Positions 16,263 to 40,928 of a DNA stretch of 64,000 bases are shown in pieces (the stretch's first letter is position 1; each line of letters opens with the position of its first letter). Position numbers and translations under genes: made by a program. The stretch is from the human T2T-CHM13v2.0 reference genome, Homo sapiens. The notes under the pieces are model-generated. The model saw nothing but the letters and a program-made list of their open reading frames with translations. It made no database searches and was not told the origin of the DNA. Where the stretch lies: assembly GCF_009914755.1 (NCBI RefSeq), contig NC_060930.1, one strand, 5' to 3'.

Positions 16263-16347
16263 CTGTGGCACAGCAGGAAGGTCAGGGACCTGCACGGATG
16301 TCTGCCTCCTGCTCCCGCTGTCCCCCACAGTGTGTGCCCCAGTTTAC

Positions 16348-16461
16348 CTGGGAGACACTTGCAGTGGAAGGCTCCAGGCTGGTCCTGGCACTGCCCACCA
16401 TTGGCACAGGGAGAGCTTCTGCACTCATCGATATCCTCCTCACATCGGGTGCCGGAGAATC
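16348..16461 (-). CDS. NOTCH4: NOTCH4 exon 10 ([14 protein letters not shown]...CKCLP)
   Basis: 114 nt; ORF 16256..16633. Confidence 0.95.
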
Positions 16462-16619
16462 CTGGTGGGGCGGAAGTGGGTGGGGAGAGGAGGCCAAGGT
16501 CATCGAGGGAGGCACAGCATGGCGCCTTCCCTTGCCAGGAAAGGTGAACTTGCAGAGCTTCCCAGAGAAGACACCTGGGGCAGGTGAGCGTGGGGTGACA
16601 GGAGATGATGCAGAAAAGG

Positions 16620-16810
16620 TGAAGCTCAGCCACCTGCCAGCTGTGTGACTTTGGGCAAGCTGGTCAACCCTCTAGGCCCCAGTTTCCTGTTCTGTGTAAA
16701 AGGGGAATAATAATGGAACCTACCTCATGGTACTGTTAAAAAGATTAAATGACATAACGCCTGAAAAGTACTCAGCCAAATGGCTAGCCTGGAGTAAGTG
16801 GTGAATAAGT
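16620..16810. mobile_element. MIR
   Basis: MIR core CTGTGTGACTTTGGGCAAG...CAGTTTCCT...TGTAAAAGGGGAATAATAAT. Confidence 0.75.
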
Positions 16811-17189
16811 GTAGTTATTATAATAGCAGGGGACAGAGGAGTGTCCGGTGAGGCTGGAGAAGAAAGGCTTGGGGCAGCTTTTGCTGGGTTTATGATGAGA
16901 GTGCCAAGACCAGCCTGGGACCTCAACATGCATACACAGAGGCTGTGCAGGAGGACTGGAAAGGAGGGATCTTTGGGTGATTTGGTAGGACAGAGATGAG
17001 AATGGGCAAGTAAGCAAGGGAAGATTTGGGGATGTAAGAGTAGAGATTTTGGGGAGCAAAGACAGATTTGGAGGACTCCTTGGCTTGGCTAGAGAGAGCT
17101 TCAAGTGGCCTTGGGTGATTGCTGAGCCTGAACTCTGCAGGTTCAGAGGCCTGGGGTCTGAGGGTGGCCAGAGAGGCATCTGTACTCAC

Positions 17190-17303
17190 CAGGCAGGCAG
17201 ATGCACTGGAAGCCGTTGAGCAGGTCATGGCAATCCGCGTGGTTCAGGCAGGGAGCTGAGGCACACTCGTTGGTCTCCACCTCACAGAGCTGCCCTTCTA
17301 AGC
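17190..17303 (-). CDS. NOTCH4: NOTCH4 exon 9 ([14 protein letters not shown]...CICLP)
   Basis: 114 nt; GTGAGT donor. Confidence 0.95.
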
Positions 17304-18019
17304 CTGGGGACATGGGGACCATGAGGGCTGTGGCTCAGCCGTCTGCCTGGGAGACCTGTGTTCTAGAATCGGCCCTGCTCCTGACTTGCCCCACTCAGGC
17401 GGTCCTCCCCCGAGGTGCTGTCTGCATGGGGTTGAATAAGATGAACCCTGAGGCCCTGCTGCTTCACAGTGTGTGGCCCTGCTCCTTGAGGTGTGAAAGG
17501 CCAGGGAACAGGGTGCTTGCTGGGGACCTGCGGGAGGACTACAAGGCTTTCTGGTGGCCATTACTGTGTATACAGAGGGCGGGGCTCACCAGGGCAGGCT
17601 GATCAGCCTGGAGGACCTCAAGGTACAAATAGGAACAAATTGGCTTGGAGAATGAGTCCCGCTTCTTGTTCTCCCTGGGCGGGCCTCCATGCTAGGGAGA
17701 ACAGAGATCCCAAAGTGGAGGAATTTGAAGTGCATCTGGGAAGCTTGTTGCTCCTATATTTGTCCCGTTGCTTTGGGTTCATCCTGGTCTCCACTGTTTC
17801 ATCCTGAATTGAGGTGGGATCAACCTCTGGACCTTGGCTTCCTTTCTTTTCTTGCCTGAGGAGTCTGCTTCTGAAGCTCCTTGATATCTACAATGTTGTC
17901 CCTTGGGTTACCGAACCGTTTTCTCTTATTTCTCTATGATTGTCTGTTGGGTGACCTGAGCCAGTATCTTTGGGTGCCGCTCAGTTTAGAAAGTCAATAT
18001 GGGGTAGTGGTTATAATTG

Positions 18020-18205
18020 TTGAAGCCCTTGGTTTGAATCTCAGCTCTGCCACTTGCTAGCTGGGTGACCTTGGACAAGTCACTTAAACTCTCTGTGCCT
18101 CAGTTTCTTCAGTTATAAAATGGGCAGTGCTGACCTCATAGAGTTATTGTAATAAGTAGATGAGACAATGCCTGTAAGATGCTCAGACAGTACCTGGCAT
18201 AAAGT
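18020..18205. mobile_element. MIR
   Basis: GTGACCTTGGACAAGTCACTTAA...CCTCAGTTTCTTCAG..ATAAAATGG. Confidence 0.78.
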
Positions 18206-18784
18206 TGGCGATTATTTTTCTGATTTCATTCAACTCCTTGATGTTGGCTCTGTTGCTGTCTCCCTGGGGCGACTTTTCCCCCTTAAAACTAGCCTGGAGG
18301 TGGGTGCTGTCTTGCAGCAATTTTTTTCTTGTTGTACCAAATTTTCCTGTTGTATCACAGGGCTTTTGGGATTTTAAGGGATTACCTTGAATCTCTACAT
18401 GGGAGAGTTTCTATAATCAGAGGGAGCATTCTGGGTTGGCCTGAGCAAAGGCTGCAGCACAGAAAGTTTATGAACTGCTCTTCTACCCTCTCTTGCTGGG
18501 CTGCTGTGTACAGTGGACCAGGTTGTGCAGCCTCTATGATGACTATGAAATGAATGGCAGCTTCCCCCCAAGTTGAGGAATGCATAACCTCACTACCATC
18601 TGTGGTAACCCCTCTCCCAGGGGTCTTGGGTGTCCCTGAGTTTTCGTCTGGGGGTAGAGAGAGAAGCATCTGTGGTAACTTACGCCAATTGGCCTGAAGC
18701 TGTCCTTACTCTGGAGGGGGCATTCCTAGTGGGTTCAGGACTAGTTCCCTGTTTTCCCCACCCAAGGCCCCATCCAGCTGATAC

Positions 18785-18979
18785 CTGGCGGGCAGAGGCA
18801 GTGGAAGGTGGCAAGTAGGTCCAGACAGGTGCTTCCTGGGTGGCAGGGCTGGGAGAGGCACTCATTGTGATCAGCCTCACAACGGGAGCCTGTGTAGCCA
18901 GGTGGACAGAGGCAGTTGAAGGAGCCAGGAGTGTTGAGGCAGGAACCGCCATGTTCACAGGGACTTGGGCCTTGCTGGG
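18785..18979 (-). CDS. NOTCH4: NOTCH4 exon 8 (AQQGPSPCEH...HCLCPP)
   Basis: 195 nt; canonical sites. Confidence 0.95.
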
Positions 18980-19323
18980 CTGGGAGGAGAGAAGAGCTGG
19001 GAGTCCACAGGGGTCAGGGCGGGAAGGGCAAGGAGGTGAGACTGTCAGGGAAGGTGTGGGGGCCTGCGTGTGGCAGACGAGACCAAATTGGGGAAGGGGC
19101 TTGTGTCTTTAAGATGGAAAGGAAATAAGGGACCAAATTCATGGGGACTGAGGGGCTGAACATTGGAGAGAGGGTCATGTAGGCAAGAGATGCCAAATCT
19201 GGGCAAATTCAAGGAAAAAGATGTTTGGTTTTTTAATTGGAAAAGCAATCTGCCCCCTTTTCTGTCTTCAGTGCAGAGGCCTGTCTGAGGCTCAGAGAGG
19301 CTCTGAAGTGGGAGTGGCCTCAC

Positions 19324-19479
19324 CCATCAGACACTCGTCCAGGTCCTGGTGGCAGGTGGGCCCCGAATAGCCAGGCTGACACAGGCAGAGTGTGGAGCCT
19401 GTGAGGGGGTTGGTGCTGCATTGGGCATCCCCATGGCACGGCTGGCTCAGACACATGTCTTCCAAGTGGCACAGGAGTC
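19324..19479 (-). CDS. NOTCH4: NOTCH4 exon 7 (GLLCHLEDMC...DLDECLM)
   Basis: 156 nt; canonical sites. Confidence 0.96.
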
Positions 19480-19599
19480 CTGGAGGGGTAAGAGGGGGTG
19501 AGGCTCTCAAAGGCCATTTGAAGCTCCTAGCAGTCCTCCTGGTGCTTCTCTCACCCTCCTTCTCTACCTCCCACCTCCTGATACCCTCTACCCCCATAC

Positions 19600-19836
19600 C
19601 TGTGCGTCCAGGTGGGCAGAGGCAGGAGAAAGAGCCCACCCGGTCAATGCAGGTGGATCCCGGGGCACAGGTGGCAGCAATACAGTCATCCAGGTTCTCC
19701 TCACAGCTTGTGCCCCCCCAGCCACTCACACACACGCAGTGAAAGCTACCAGCAGAGTTCTGGCAGGTGCCCCCGTTTCTGCAGTGAGGGGGACCCTGGG
19801 CCTCACACTCATCCACATCTTCGGAGCAGTCCCAGC
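19600..19836 (-). CDS. NOTCH4: NOTCH4 exon 6 (GWDCSEDVDECEAQG...CPPGRT)
   Basis: 237 nt; ORF 19292..19816; Ca-binding EGF motif DVDEC. Confidence 0.96.
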
Positions 19837-19950
19837 CTGCAGGGGGTTGGGGAGGGGACGAGGGCTAAGGCTGGGAGCCCTATGAGTAGGGGAGGCCAGG
19901 GGCCAACTCTCTGGGCCATGGGTGTCATGGATGTGGCTTAAACAACTCAC

Positions 19951-20073
19951 CTGTCCAGGTTTCTGGGCAGAGGCAGGTGTAGGTGTCCAGCCCATCCTGG
20001 CAAGTGCCCCCATTCTGACATTGGTGGCTGACACAGTTGTCTGGATTCACCTCACAGCCCGGGCCTATGAAAC
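19951..20073 (-). CDS. NOTCH4: NOTCH4 exon 5 (GFIGPGCEVNPDNC...CPETWT)
   Basis: 123 nt; CAG acceptor, GTGAGT donor. Confidence 0.96.
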
Positions 20074-20172
20074 CTGACAGGGTCATGGATCAGCTGTGGG
20101 AGGAGGCTCCAACGGAGACATCCTGCCCTGCCCAGAGAGAGGGGCGGCCGGAGAGCCCCTGTGAGGACACAC

Positions 20173-20520
20173 CTGGGGGACAGAGGCAGAGGTGAAAGGT
20201 GGAGTCTTTCTCTGGCATCAGCTGGCAGGTGCCCCCATTCGAACAGCCCCTAGGAGGGCAGGGTCCTGCCCGCAGCTCACAACGTGGACCCTCCTGCCCC
20301 ACAGGGCAGAGGCACTGGAAGGAGCCCAGGGTGTTATGGCAGGAGGTGCCTTTGGGGCAGGGTCCTGGGTCCTGGAAGCACTCGTTGACATCACGTTCAC
20401 AGGCATGGCCCTCGAAGCCCGGTGGGCAGTGGCACTGGATCTGGGGGTACGTGGCCAGACACACCCCTCCATTAACACATGGGTTGGCTGAACAGAAGTC
20501 CCGAAGCTGGCACTGCTCAC
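20173..20520 (-). CDS. NOTCH4: NOTCH4 exon 4 (GEQCQLRDFC...LCLCPP)
   Basis: 348 nt; ORF 20090..20464; GTGTGT donor. Confidence 0.96.
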
Positions 20521-21705
20521 CTGAGGCAGAGGACAGAGGGAGCCGTTTCTAGCATTGTACGAATTCTAGCCCATCTGAGGTTACCCAGTGCTCACTCTGG
20601 ATTATCTCTGGGTCTCATTTTCATATTTCCTTCCCTTTATTACCATACTTTCTTTGCTCTGTTCCATCACCCCTGCTCTGAGCGATGTCATGGCTTGGGA
20701 GGGTTTATCTGGAGTGACCATATCTTCTAAAGTGATGATGAGAGTATTGCAAATTGGCCTTGCCTGAGAAAATCTGGGACGTGGGTGATCTTGGGGGAGG
20801 TGAAAAGCACCCCACGTCTGCAGGCAGGAGACTCAGGTGGCACCATGCTGTGCCACAACTGGTTGTATACCCTTGGGTGAGCCACTTTGCCTTTCTGAAC
20901 CTCATTTCCTAATCTTTAAGTGGGTTTAGGCACCTGGAGACTCACTTCACAGTCCATGTGCACCAGTGGTAATGGCGGCAGCAGTGGAGGTGCCAGGTGC
21001 TGAGCTGAGCAAGCATCTCCTGAGCATCGGCCCCTTCTGTCCTCTCAGCAACCTTATGAAGTGTGACCATTACTCTCCCTGTTTGTCAGCTGACAACTGA
21101 ACACCAGAAAGCTAAAATATCTTATATGAGGTCATGTAGCTGATCAGTGGCAGAGCTAGCATTTGGATCCAGGGGCTGGTGCAGAGCCCCTAGAATGAAG
21201 CACTAAGCTTGCCCCAGGGTTACACCCCTCCTCCTGGGGCGGCCCCCAATCCACTCTCTGGGTCACATCCTTCCCTTCCCGGTGCCCCTCCCACCACTGC
21301 AGTCTTCCCAGGTGATATAATGGCTCCCTCCACTCAGAATGGGAGCCATTCAGATGCTCAGAATGCAAAAGTCTGGAGGACCCCTGGTATGCAGAGCAAT
21401 GACCCTCTTCTAGCTGCTAGGCAATGGGGAGATTAAAGGGGCTAGGACAGGCATCAGGATGGTGCACAAAGGGGGCTCATGGCACCCTTAATTTGGAAAT
21501 ATTTTAACATTTTAGCAATCAGTACAACCATGCTGGTGAATGTTGGTTGTGGGTAAGTGGATTGCCAAGAATTGGCATGTTGATTCTCATGGCTTCTGTC
21601 TTCAAAGGGCTTGCAGTTTCTCAGGCTCCAGTTCTATCTTCCCCACCCACAGCCTAGCCCATTGCTCCTGCCTGTCCCCTCCTGGCTGCCCCCAGCAGCG
21701 CTTAC

Positions 21706-22001
21706 CTGTCCATCCAGGCATGCAGGAGCACTGTGGGCGGCCCGAGGCCTGGATGTGGCAGCGGCCCCTTTTGGAACAGAAGGAGGGAGGACAAGGGTCT
21801 TCAAGCTTGGCCTGGCATCTCTCACCAGTGAAGCCAGGGAGGCAAGTGCACAAGAAGCTGGGTGTCAATGGAGAGGGAGAGCTGGGGAGCCCTAGGGGAG
21901 CGGGAAGCAGGGCTTGGCAGCTGCCTCCATTTTGGCAGAGCTGGGCGTTCTGGCAGGGGTCAGGAAACTGGCACGTCTCACCCAGGAAGCCAGGGGCACA
22001 C
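21706..22001 (-). CDS. NOTCH4: NOTCH4 exon 3 (CAPGFLGETC...CMPGWT)
   Basis: 296 nt; ORF 21602..21868; GTAAGC donor. Confidence 0.96.
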
Positions 22002-22199
22002 CTGGGCAGGGGAGGAGAGGAAAACTCACATCACTGGTCCCTCTTCCTATTCTTGCCCACTCCCTCCTCTGCCTTCATTTGTTTCCCTTCATCTCCTTCA
22101 CTTCCTCTCTTTCTTCTTTGGTCTCACTTCCTCACCTCTCCCCCCCTGCTCTCCCTCCCCCTTTCTCTCCAGTCTCCCACTCCTGCAAGGCACACTCAC

Positions 22200-22281
22200 T
22201 GGCAGGTCCCTTGTCCCAGAGACAGGCTCAGGCAGGTGCCTCCATTGGCACAGGGTTCTGGGAAACTCCCACACAGCAGCC
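22200..22281 (-). CDS. NOTCH4: NOTCH4 exon 2 (GLLCGSFPEPCANGG...GTCQ)
   Basis: CAG acceptor, GTGAGT donor, 82 nt, EGF Cys pattern. Confidence 0.96.
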
Positions 22282-22484
22282 CTGAGGGTGGAGAGGCAGG
22301 CGCAATGGAAGCCCTGGGTGCTGTGCCTCCACCTTTCCTCTTCTAGGTGCTCCTGAGAGACCTGCCCACAGCAGCTCCCACAGGTACTCTAAACCACCTC
22401 TTCTTCACATCTGTCCCCACTCTCCACATGGTACCCAGCCCCAGCCCCAGTGCCCTCCGTCCCAGTTACTAATCCCTACCCCCC

Positions 22485-22496
22485 TTTCCTGTTTAT
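22485..22496 (-). promoter_or_regulatory. FOX:ETS composite endothelial enhancer motif in intron 1
   Basis: Minus strand ATAAACAGGAAA = forkhead TAAACA fused to ETS GGAA. Confidence 0.7.
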
Positions 22497-23050
22497 TCTC
22501 TGGCCTCCCAAGTCCAGCCTCGGACTCCATCTCTCGGAAGCAAGACAACAGGGGTCAGAAGAGGGGCGGAGGTGGCTCCCGGGAGGTGAATGGCTGAGAC
22601 TTCGAAGAGATTTCCTCCCGGAAAGGCCGAGCATTGAGCCATCCGGGGGGTGGGGACAGCTGGACTAAGAAAGGGCTTAGTAGGCCTGACCTTTCATGTC
22701 CCCATCTCCTGCTTCCCTCTCATCTCCTCCCCAAGCAGGTGGTCAGTGTGTTCCCTCTTCCCCTCTTCCCTATGGCTGCAAGAGTCCTCCAGTGCCAGTG
22801 CTGACGAGGTTCTTCCTGGAGGTGGGCACCCTCTCACCCATCCCCCAGCAGTCACCACCCCTGGCACCAGGCCCGAAGCAGCTCCATGGGCAGAGCCGTC
22901 TTTCCCTGGAGGCCGTCTCTATTTGGGCAGTGAGAATCTCCTCCATCCAGCATCCCTCACACGGCCTGGGGCTTGGCCCTCTTCCCCCACCCCACTGATC
23001 ATCCTCCTAAGGGAGCTGGGTCCCCTCACCTCACCCATGCCATGCCTCAC

Positions 23051-23076
23051 CTCTGGGTCTGACCACTGAGACACAT

Positions 23077-23112
<36 letters not shown>

Positions 23113-23126
23113 GAAGGGGGCTGCAT
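23051..23126 (-). CDS. NOTCH4: NOTCH4 exon 1 coding part, signal peptide MQPPS(L)12CVSVVRPR
   Basis: ATG at 23126-23124; donor AG|GTGAGG; 76 nt. Confidence 0.97.
23079..23111 (-). repeat. (CTG)11 poly-leucine microsatellite in signal peptide
   Basis: 11 CAG units on + strand, followed in the coding direction by a CTA Leu codon. Confidence 0.97.
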
Positions 23127-23264
23127 TCCACAGCCCCTTCTCCAAGCCCCGGTCCCTGTCCCTCTTCAGGCAGGGACCCTCAGAGCTCTCACTGGGGCAG
23201 GAGCCACCTCCTCTGCTCCCACTGCCCCTCTTCTTCCTCCTCAGCCTGCTGCAAGCCTCACGTC

Positions 23265-23330
23265 TGAGCTGTTTCCTGAGTCACACAATGTCCTGGACAC
23301 CCTAGTAATGGGGGGCGGAGGAAGAGTGGA
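23265..23330 (-). promoter_or_regulatory. NOTCH4 TATA-less core promoter: AP-1 overlapping ETS, plus GC box
   Basis: TGAGTCA 23277-23283 (minus strand TGACTCAGGAAAC); GGGGGCGGAG 23311-23320. Confidence 0.8.
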
Positions 23331-24239
23331 GGAACACTAGGGGGGATGAAGGAGGGGCCTTCTGTCCCTGACAACCCCTGGGGAAGTAGGGGGAAGTAGG
23401 ACGGTGTGCCTGGAGGGCAGGTGATAGGAGGGGAGAAGGAATCTCGGAACCCCCTGGGCAGTCCCAGCCCTGCTGTTTGTTGATCTGGTCTCTCCTTTCT
23501 AGGGATGAGAATTGCAAGGTGGCTGCCCTGTGCCCCAGGAGGGGCAGGACCTGGAAACAGGTATTGGGTGGTTACAGAGTTCTGTATTCCTCCTCCCAGG
23601 AGAGGATGCTTAATTTGCCAGGTTATTACAGATGCTTCTCAGAGAACCTGCAACTTGTCATAATTTGAAACCACTCACCTTGGCTAAAGGAACCCAGGGG
23701 CTTCTGGGCCTTATCTTGGCTCTTGCCAGGACTTATTTTTCTCCTTCTGGCGAATGGGCAAGATGCTGGCCGGTTTTGGGGAAATCTTGGTCTTCCTGTT
23801 GTAGGGGAATGTTAAGACTGTCATTATCAGTGATAAATGAACATAGTCTACCCTAAATTTTGCAGTCTGAATTGTCTGTAACAAACACTGAATTTGGGTA
23901 GTTTTCACTTCCTCCATCTCTGCCTCCCTCCGCTGTCAAGGTCCTTGGGATGCAGGGAATGCCAGTCAGAATGCAAAATTGGAGTCAATAAAATCACAAA
24001 AGAGAATTCTTTGCCTCAGAATGCTCATCCTACCTTCTTGAGTCAACCCAGGACAACTTTGGGGTCAACCACACACTGAGTTCCTTTAGTAGCACAGGGA
24101 ACTGAGAGTCCAGGGTGGCAGAAGGTGTCAGTGGCAGCTGTGCTCTCCCTGGTGTTGAGGCACTCATGGCTGCTGCTGGTGCACCTGAGAGCCTTCCCCT
24201 ACCGGGGAATATACTTCACCAGCACCACTTTCTTCCTTT

Positions 24240-26050
<1,811 letters not shown>

Positions 26051-26065
26051 TTAATGGCTATTCGT

Positions 26066-26109
26066 GTTTCCTGTCCATGCTTTTGTGAGTTTCCTGTCCA
26101 TGCTTTTGT
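26066..26109. repeat. 21-bp direct duplication (23-bp period)
   Basis: GTTTCCTGTCCATGCTTTTGT x2. Confidence 0.9.
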
Positions 26110-26980
26110 CCCATTGTCCTATTGGTGTCATTGTCATTTTCCCATCACCTTCCTTAGTCGAGGAGGCAATTGTGGGTATGGGGAAGAGGAACCCTAGTGT
26201 AAAAGTCCCTGCTTTTGTACTCTCTGGTTTGCTGACTGGGGATTTGGTGCTGGTGAGTAGTGAAAGGAAAATGGGAAGAGACAACAGGTTTCTCATGGAA
26301 CCGCGAAGACCTTGGTGGAAAGAACTGAACTCACCATTTCTGCAATGTTGACAATCTAACACCATTTGTGGAAAGGGAGGCTGGGGCACTAGGCTGGAGC
26401 TTGAGAAAAAGGAGAAATTGCAACGGAGACAGAGAAGTGATTAGGTGGAAGGGAACCAGAAGTGTGGTGGGCAGAAGCTGAGTTTAAAGACAGTGTCAGG
26501 AAGCTGCCTGCCCACTTCTTGCTTTATCCTGCTTAAGGTAAGGCAGTGTGCACCTGCTCAGGCATTATGAGCTATGCTTGGGTCCCAGATACTTTTCCTG
26601 GCCTCTAAGACCTTACAGCCCAAAGCAGTATTGATGCTCCCCCAAGAGCTTGTTTCTCCTTCCCAATGGCTTCCCAAGGGTTGATACTGACCAGGGTGGT
26701 ACCATCATCACTACAGTGAACTGCAGCATGCCAGGGATACAGATAGTTCCCTCTGGGAAATGACCCTTTTTCCTACAGTATTTCATCAAATAGAGATTCA
26801 TTTTATTAAAGGGATTTTCTTTCATTGTATACCCCCTGAGAAGGATAAACCTGTCAGTCATTCACACTTCAGTCATAGGGACTTGTGACCTTAAAAGGTG
26901 AACTCCGAGGTTGGCCCTGATAATGTGTCCAAACACAAAGAAGGCAATAGGCCACTGTAGCCATAGAGATAAGCAAGAGT

Positions 26981-27393
<413 letters not shown>

Positions 27394-27399
27394 TTACTC

Positions 27400-29000
<1,601 letters not shown>

Positions 29001-29673
29001 TTTATATTTCTTATTTACTGACTGCCAATTCCACAAAGTCAAGGATTTTTGTCTTTTTCATTTACTTGTTTTTGGACTTGACCATGCCTCAGTGTGTGGA
29101 GCAGGACCTCAACTCAGCGTGCACTGTCTCACTTAAAATACCCCCAGGAGGAGGGTACCATTACCTCCACCCACAGTGAGATGTGGAGCTCAGAGAAGTT
29201 GAGTCACTTGTACAAGTTCATATAGCTACTAAGTGTGTTTCAGATGTGAGTTATTCACATCCAAACCCATGTTCTTTCTACCCTGAGGCGCCATCTGTCT
29301 TAGTAGGGTTTATTTTTTGTCATTTAAAAAACTAATGTGGGCATGGCTGGGAAACAAGTTTCTGCTTCGATTACATCAGAAACTACAGATCCAGACATTC
29401 TCTTATGCCTTTGCTGACATTCAGTGCAGCATTCAGTAAGTACTGATGCATGTCATTTGCTTATTTACTTATCAGTTCATTTACACAGTATTTATTGAAC
29501 ACAGTCTTTATACCCCGCAATGTTTTAGGCCCTGAATTTATGGTCTTGAACAAAATAGACAGATACCAAGTAAATATGAAATATAATATCAGATAGCGAT
29601 AAGGAGTATGAGATGATATAAGGCAGGGTGAGGGGAGAGAGAAGAACTTGGGGGCTACTTTAGATTGGGAGGT

Positions 29674-30373
<700 letters not shown>

Positions 30374-30754
30374 CTACCTGGCACCCTTGCTTCCAACTTG
30401 CCCCCAACTGTTGGCCCAGGCCATTCTCGATGTGGTGACCAGTGAGAGATGATTGGGGCATGGTGAGTCTGATTTGGAATATATTTTAAAACTAGAGTGG
30501 GTATAGTTTGACTGAATAAGGGGTACACAGGTTGGGTCTCCAGGAAGTGGACTTTGAGATTTAACCCGGAGCTGGGATGGCCCTTCAGAGCCATCCCCAA
30601 CTGGGGCAAGGGAGCTGGGTTTTTGCCCCCCACATTAATCAGTCATGGAAGGTGGGTTGCTCCTAGAAAGAGTGTGACCTTGGGGAAGCAATTATCTTCA
30701 GTCCACAAAGAGGGCTGAGAGGTGAGGGCTGTCCTTGAGCAGAAGACTTGGGTA

Positions 30755-32200
<1,446 letters not shown>

Positions 32201-32204
32201 TACT

Positions 32205-34890
<2,686 letters not shown>

Positions 34891-34894
34891 AGGC

Positions 34895-39000
<4,106 letters not shown>

Positions 39001-39194
39001 TTCATTTTTTATTTTCTAAGATAGGAGGAATAACATATTTGCTTGCTGATGGGAGTGAGCCACTGCAGAGGGAAAGGCGGTGTGCAGGAGATGGGGTATT
39101 GCTGGAGGAATGGCCCTGAGTAGGTGAGAGGCAGTGGGGTCTAGTGCCCAAGTGGAGGAGTTGGTTGTTAGTTGAAAGTGAGGAAGATGAGCTG

Positions 39195-39609
<415 letters not shown>

Positions 39610-40639
39610 CTAATTCCATCACAGGTTATCTGCTGGGTGTTTCTAATGGCCAACTTGAAGTTTGTAAATGTTTGATGAGCATGGTTGAGTATTTTTATCC
39701 AATCACTTCAGCTGCTTGGATGCAGGCATGGAGTCGGTGGGAAGTTGGAGGTAGCCAGAGCTAGGCTTTTGACAGGCAGGCATGATGGAGGGAATGAGGG
39801 AAATAGGAGTTGAGATGCAAGATAGCTCTTACAACAATGCTTCATGAAACCTAAGCGGGATAAGGTTGGGAGGGCACAGGATCTCATAATGTCAGGGTCA
39901 AAGGGGTTGGAGGTCTGGAGAAGTGAAAATATTGTTTGATCTTTGGAGGTGGACACTAGAGGGAGTGATCTGCAAGGACAGGAAGGGGGATACTTAAAAC
40001 TGAGATTATGGAGAGGTTTCAGGTACAGGTACAGGTAATGACAAGGTCTAGGTATGACTGTGGAGTGAGTGGCTGCAGTAGGGGGAGGACAAGATCACTG
40101 GAGGTGAGAAGGTCAAAAGGTCAAGGTGAGAGGCCAGGGTGTTGGGTGGAGTGTCTTGGTTGATAGAGAAGCCACAAAGAATGGTAGCAGGAGTGGGATG
40201 AAGAGAAAGACAGTGACCCAGGGACTGAAAATTTTAGTGAATTGTGAAGAGTGAGGAGTGACTGGAAGGCTGTTAAATGCTGGCAACAGGAGCAGCTGAG
40301 GGTGACGTTGGAGGCCACATGTACTGCAAAGCAGCTAAGGCCCTGCATTACTCTTGACCACCAGAGAAAAGTTCATGTATTCATTCATTTATTCAAGCAG
40401 TAAGTCAACCAAGCTTGACTATCTACCCTGTGCTTAGCAAAACCCTCCCTGCCCTCACAGAATGTATATGTATTCATTACAAAATTGTCCTTATAAAGTC
40501 AGGACATCTTCAGGACACTTCCAGTTAATCAGACACCCCCGTCAATCCTTCTAGTTAACTGACAGTTTTTTTGGTTGTTTGTTTAGCAGTGAATTTTAAT
40601 GAATAAAACATCTGGGATTAAAACTCTTTTTTTTCCTCC

Positions 40640-40928
<289 letters not shown>

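Noticed and set aside
21540-22346. 268-aa plus-strand ORF
   Set aside because: Antisense shadow of GC-rich NOTCH4 exons 2-3 and pyrimidine-rich intron 2; non-ATG start; no domain
22919-23131. Poly-Cys ORF MECSPLHCCCC...
   Set aside because: Other frame of the CTG repeat; begins at a GTG 5 nt upstream of the real ATG
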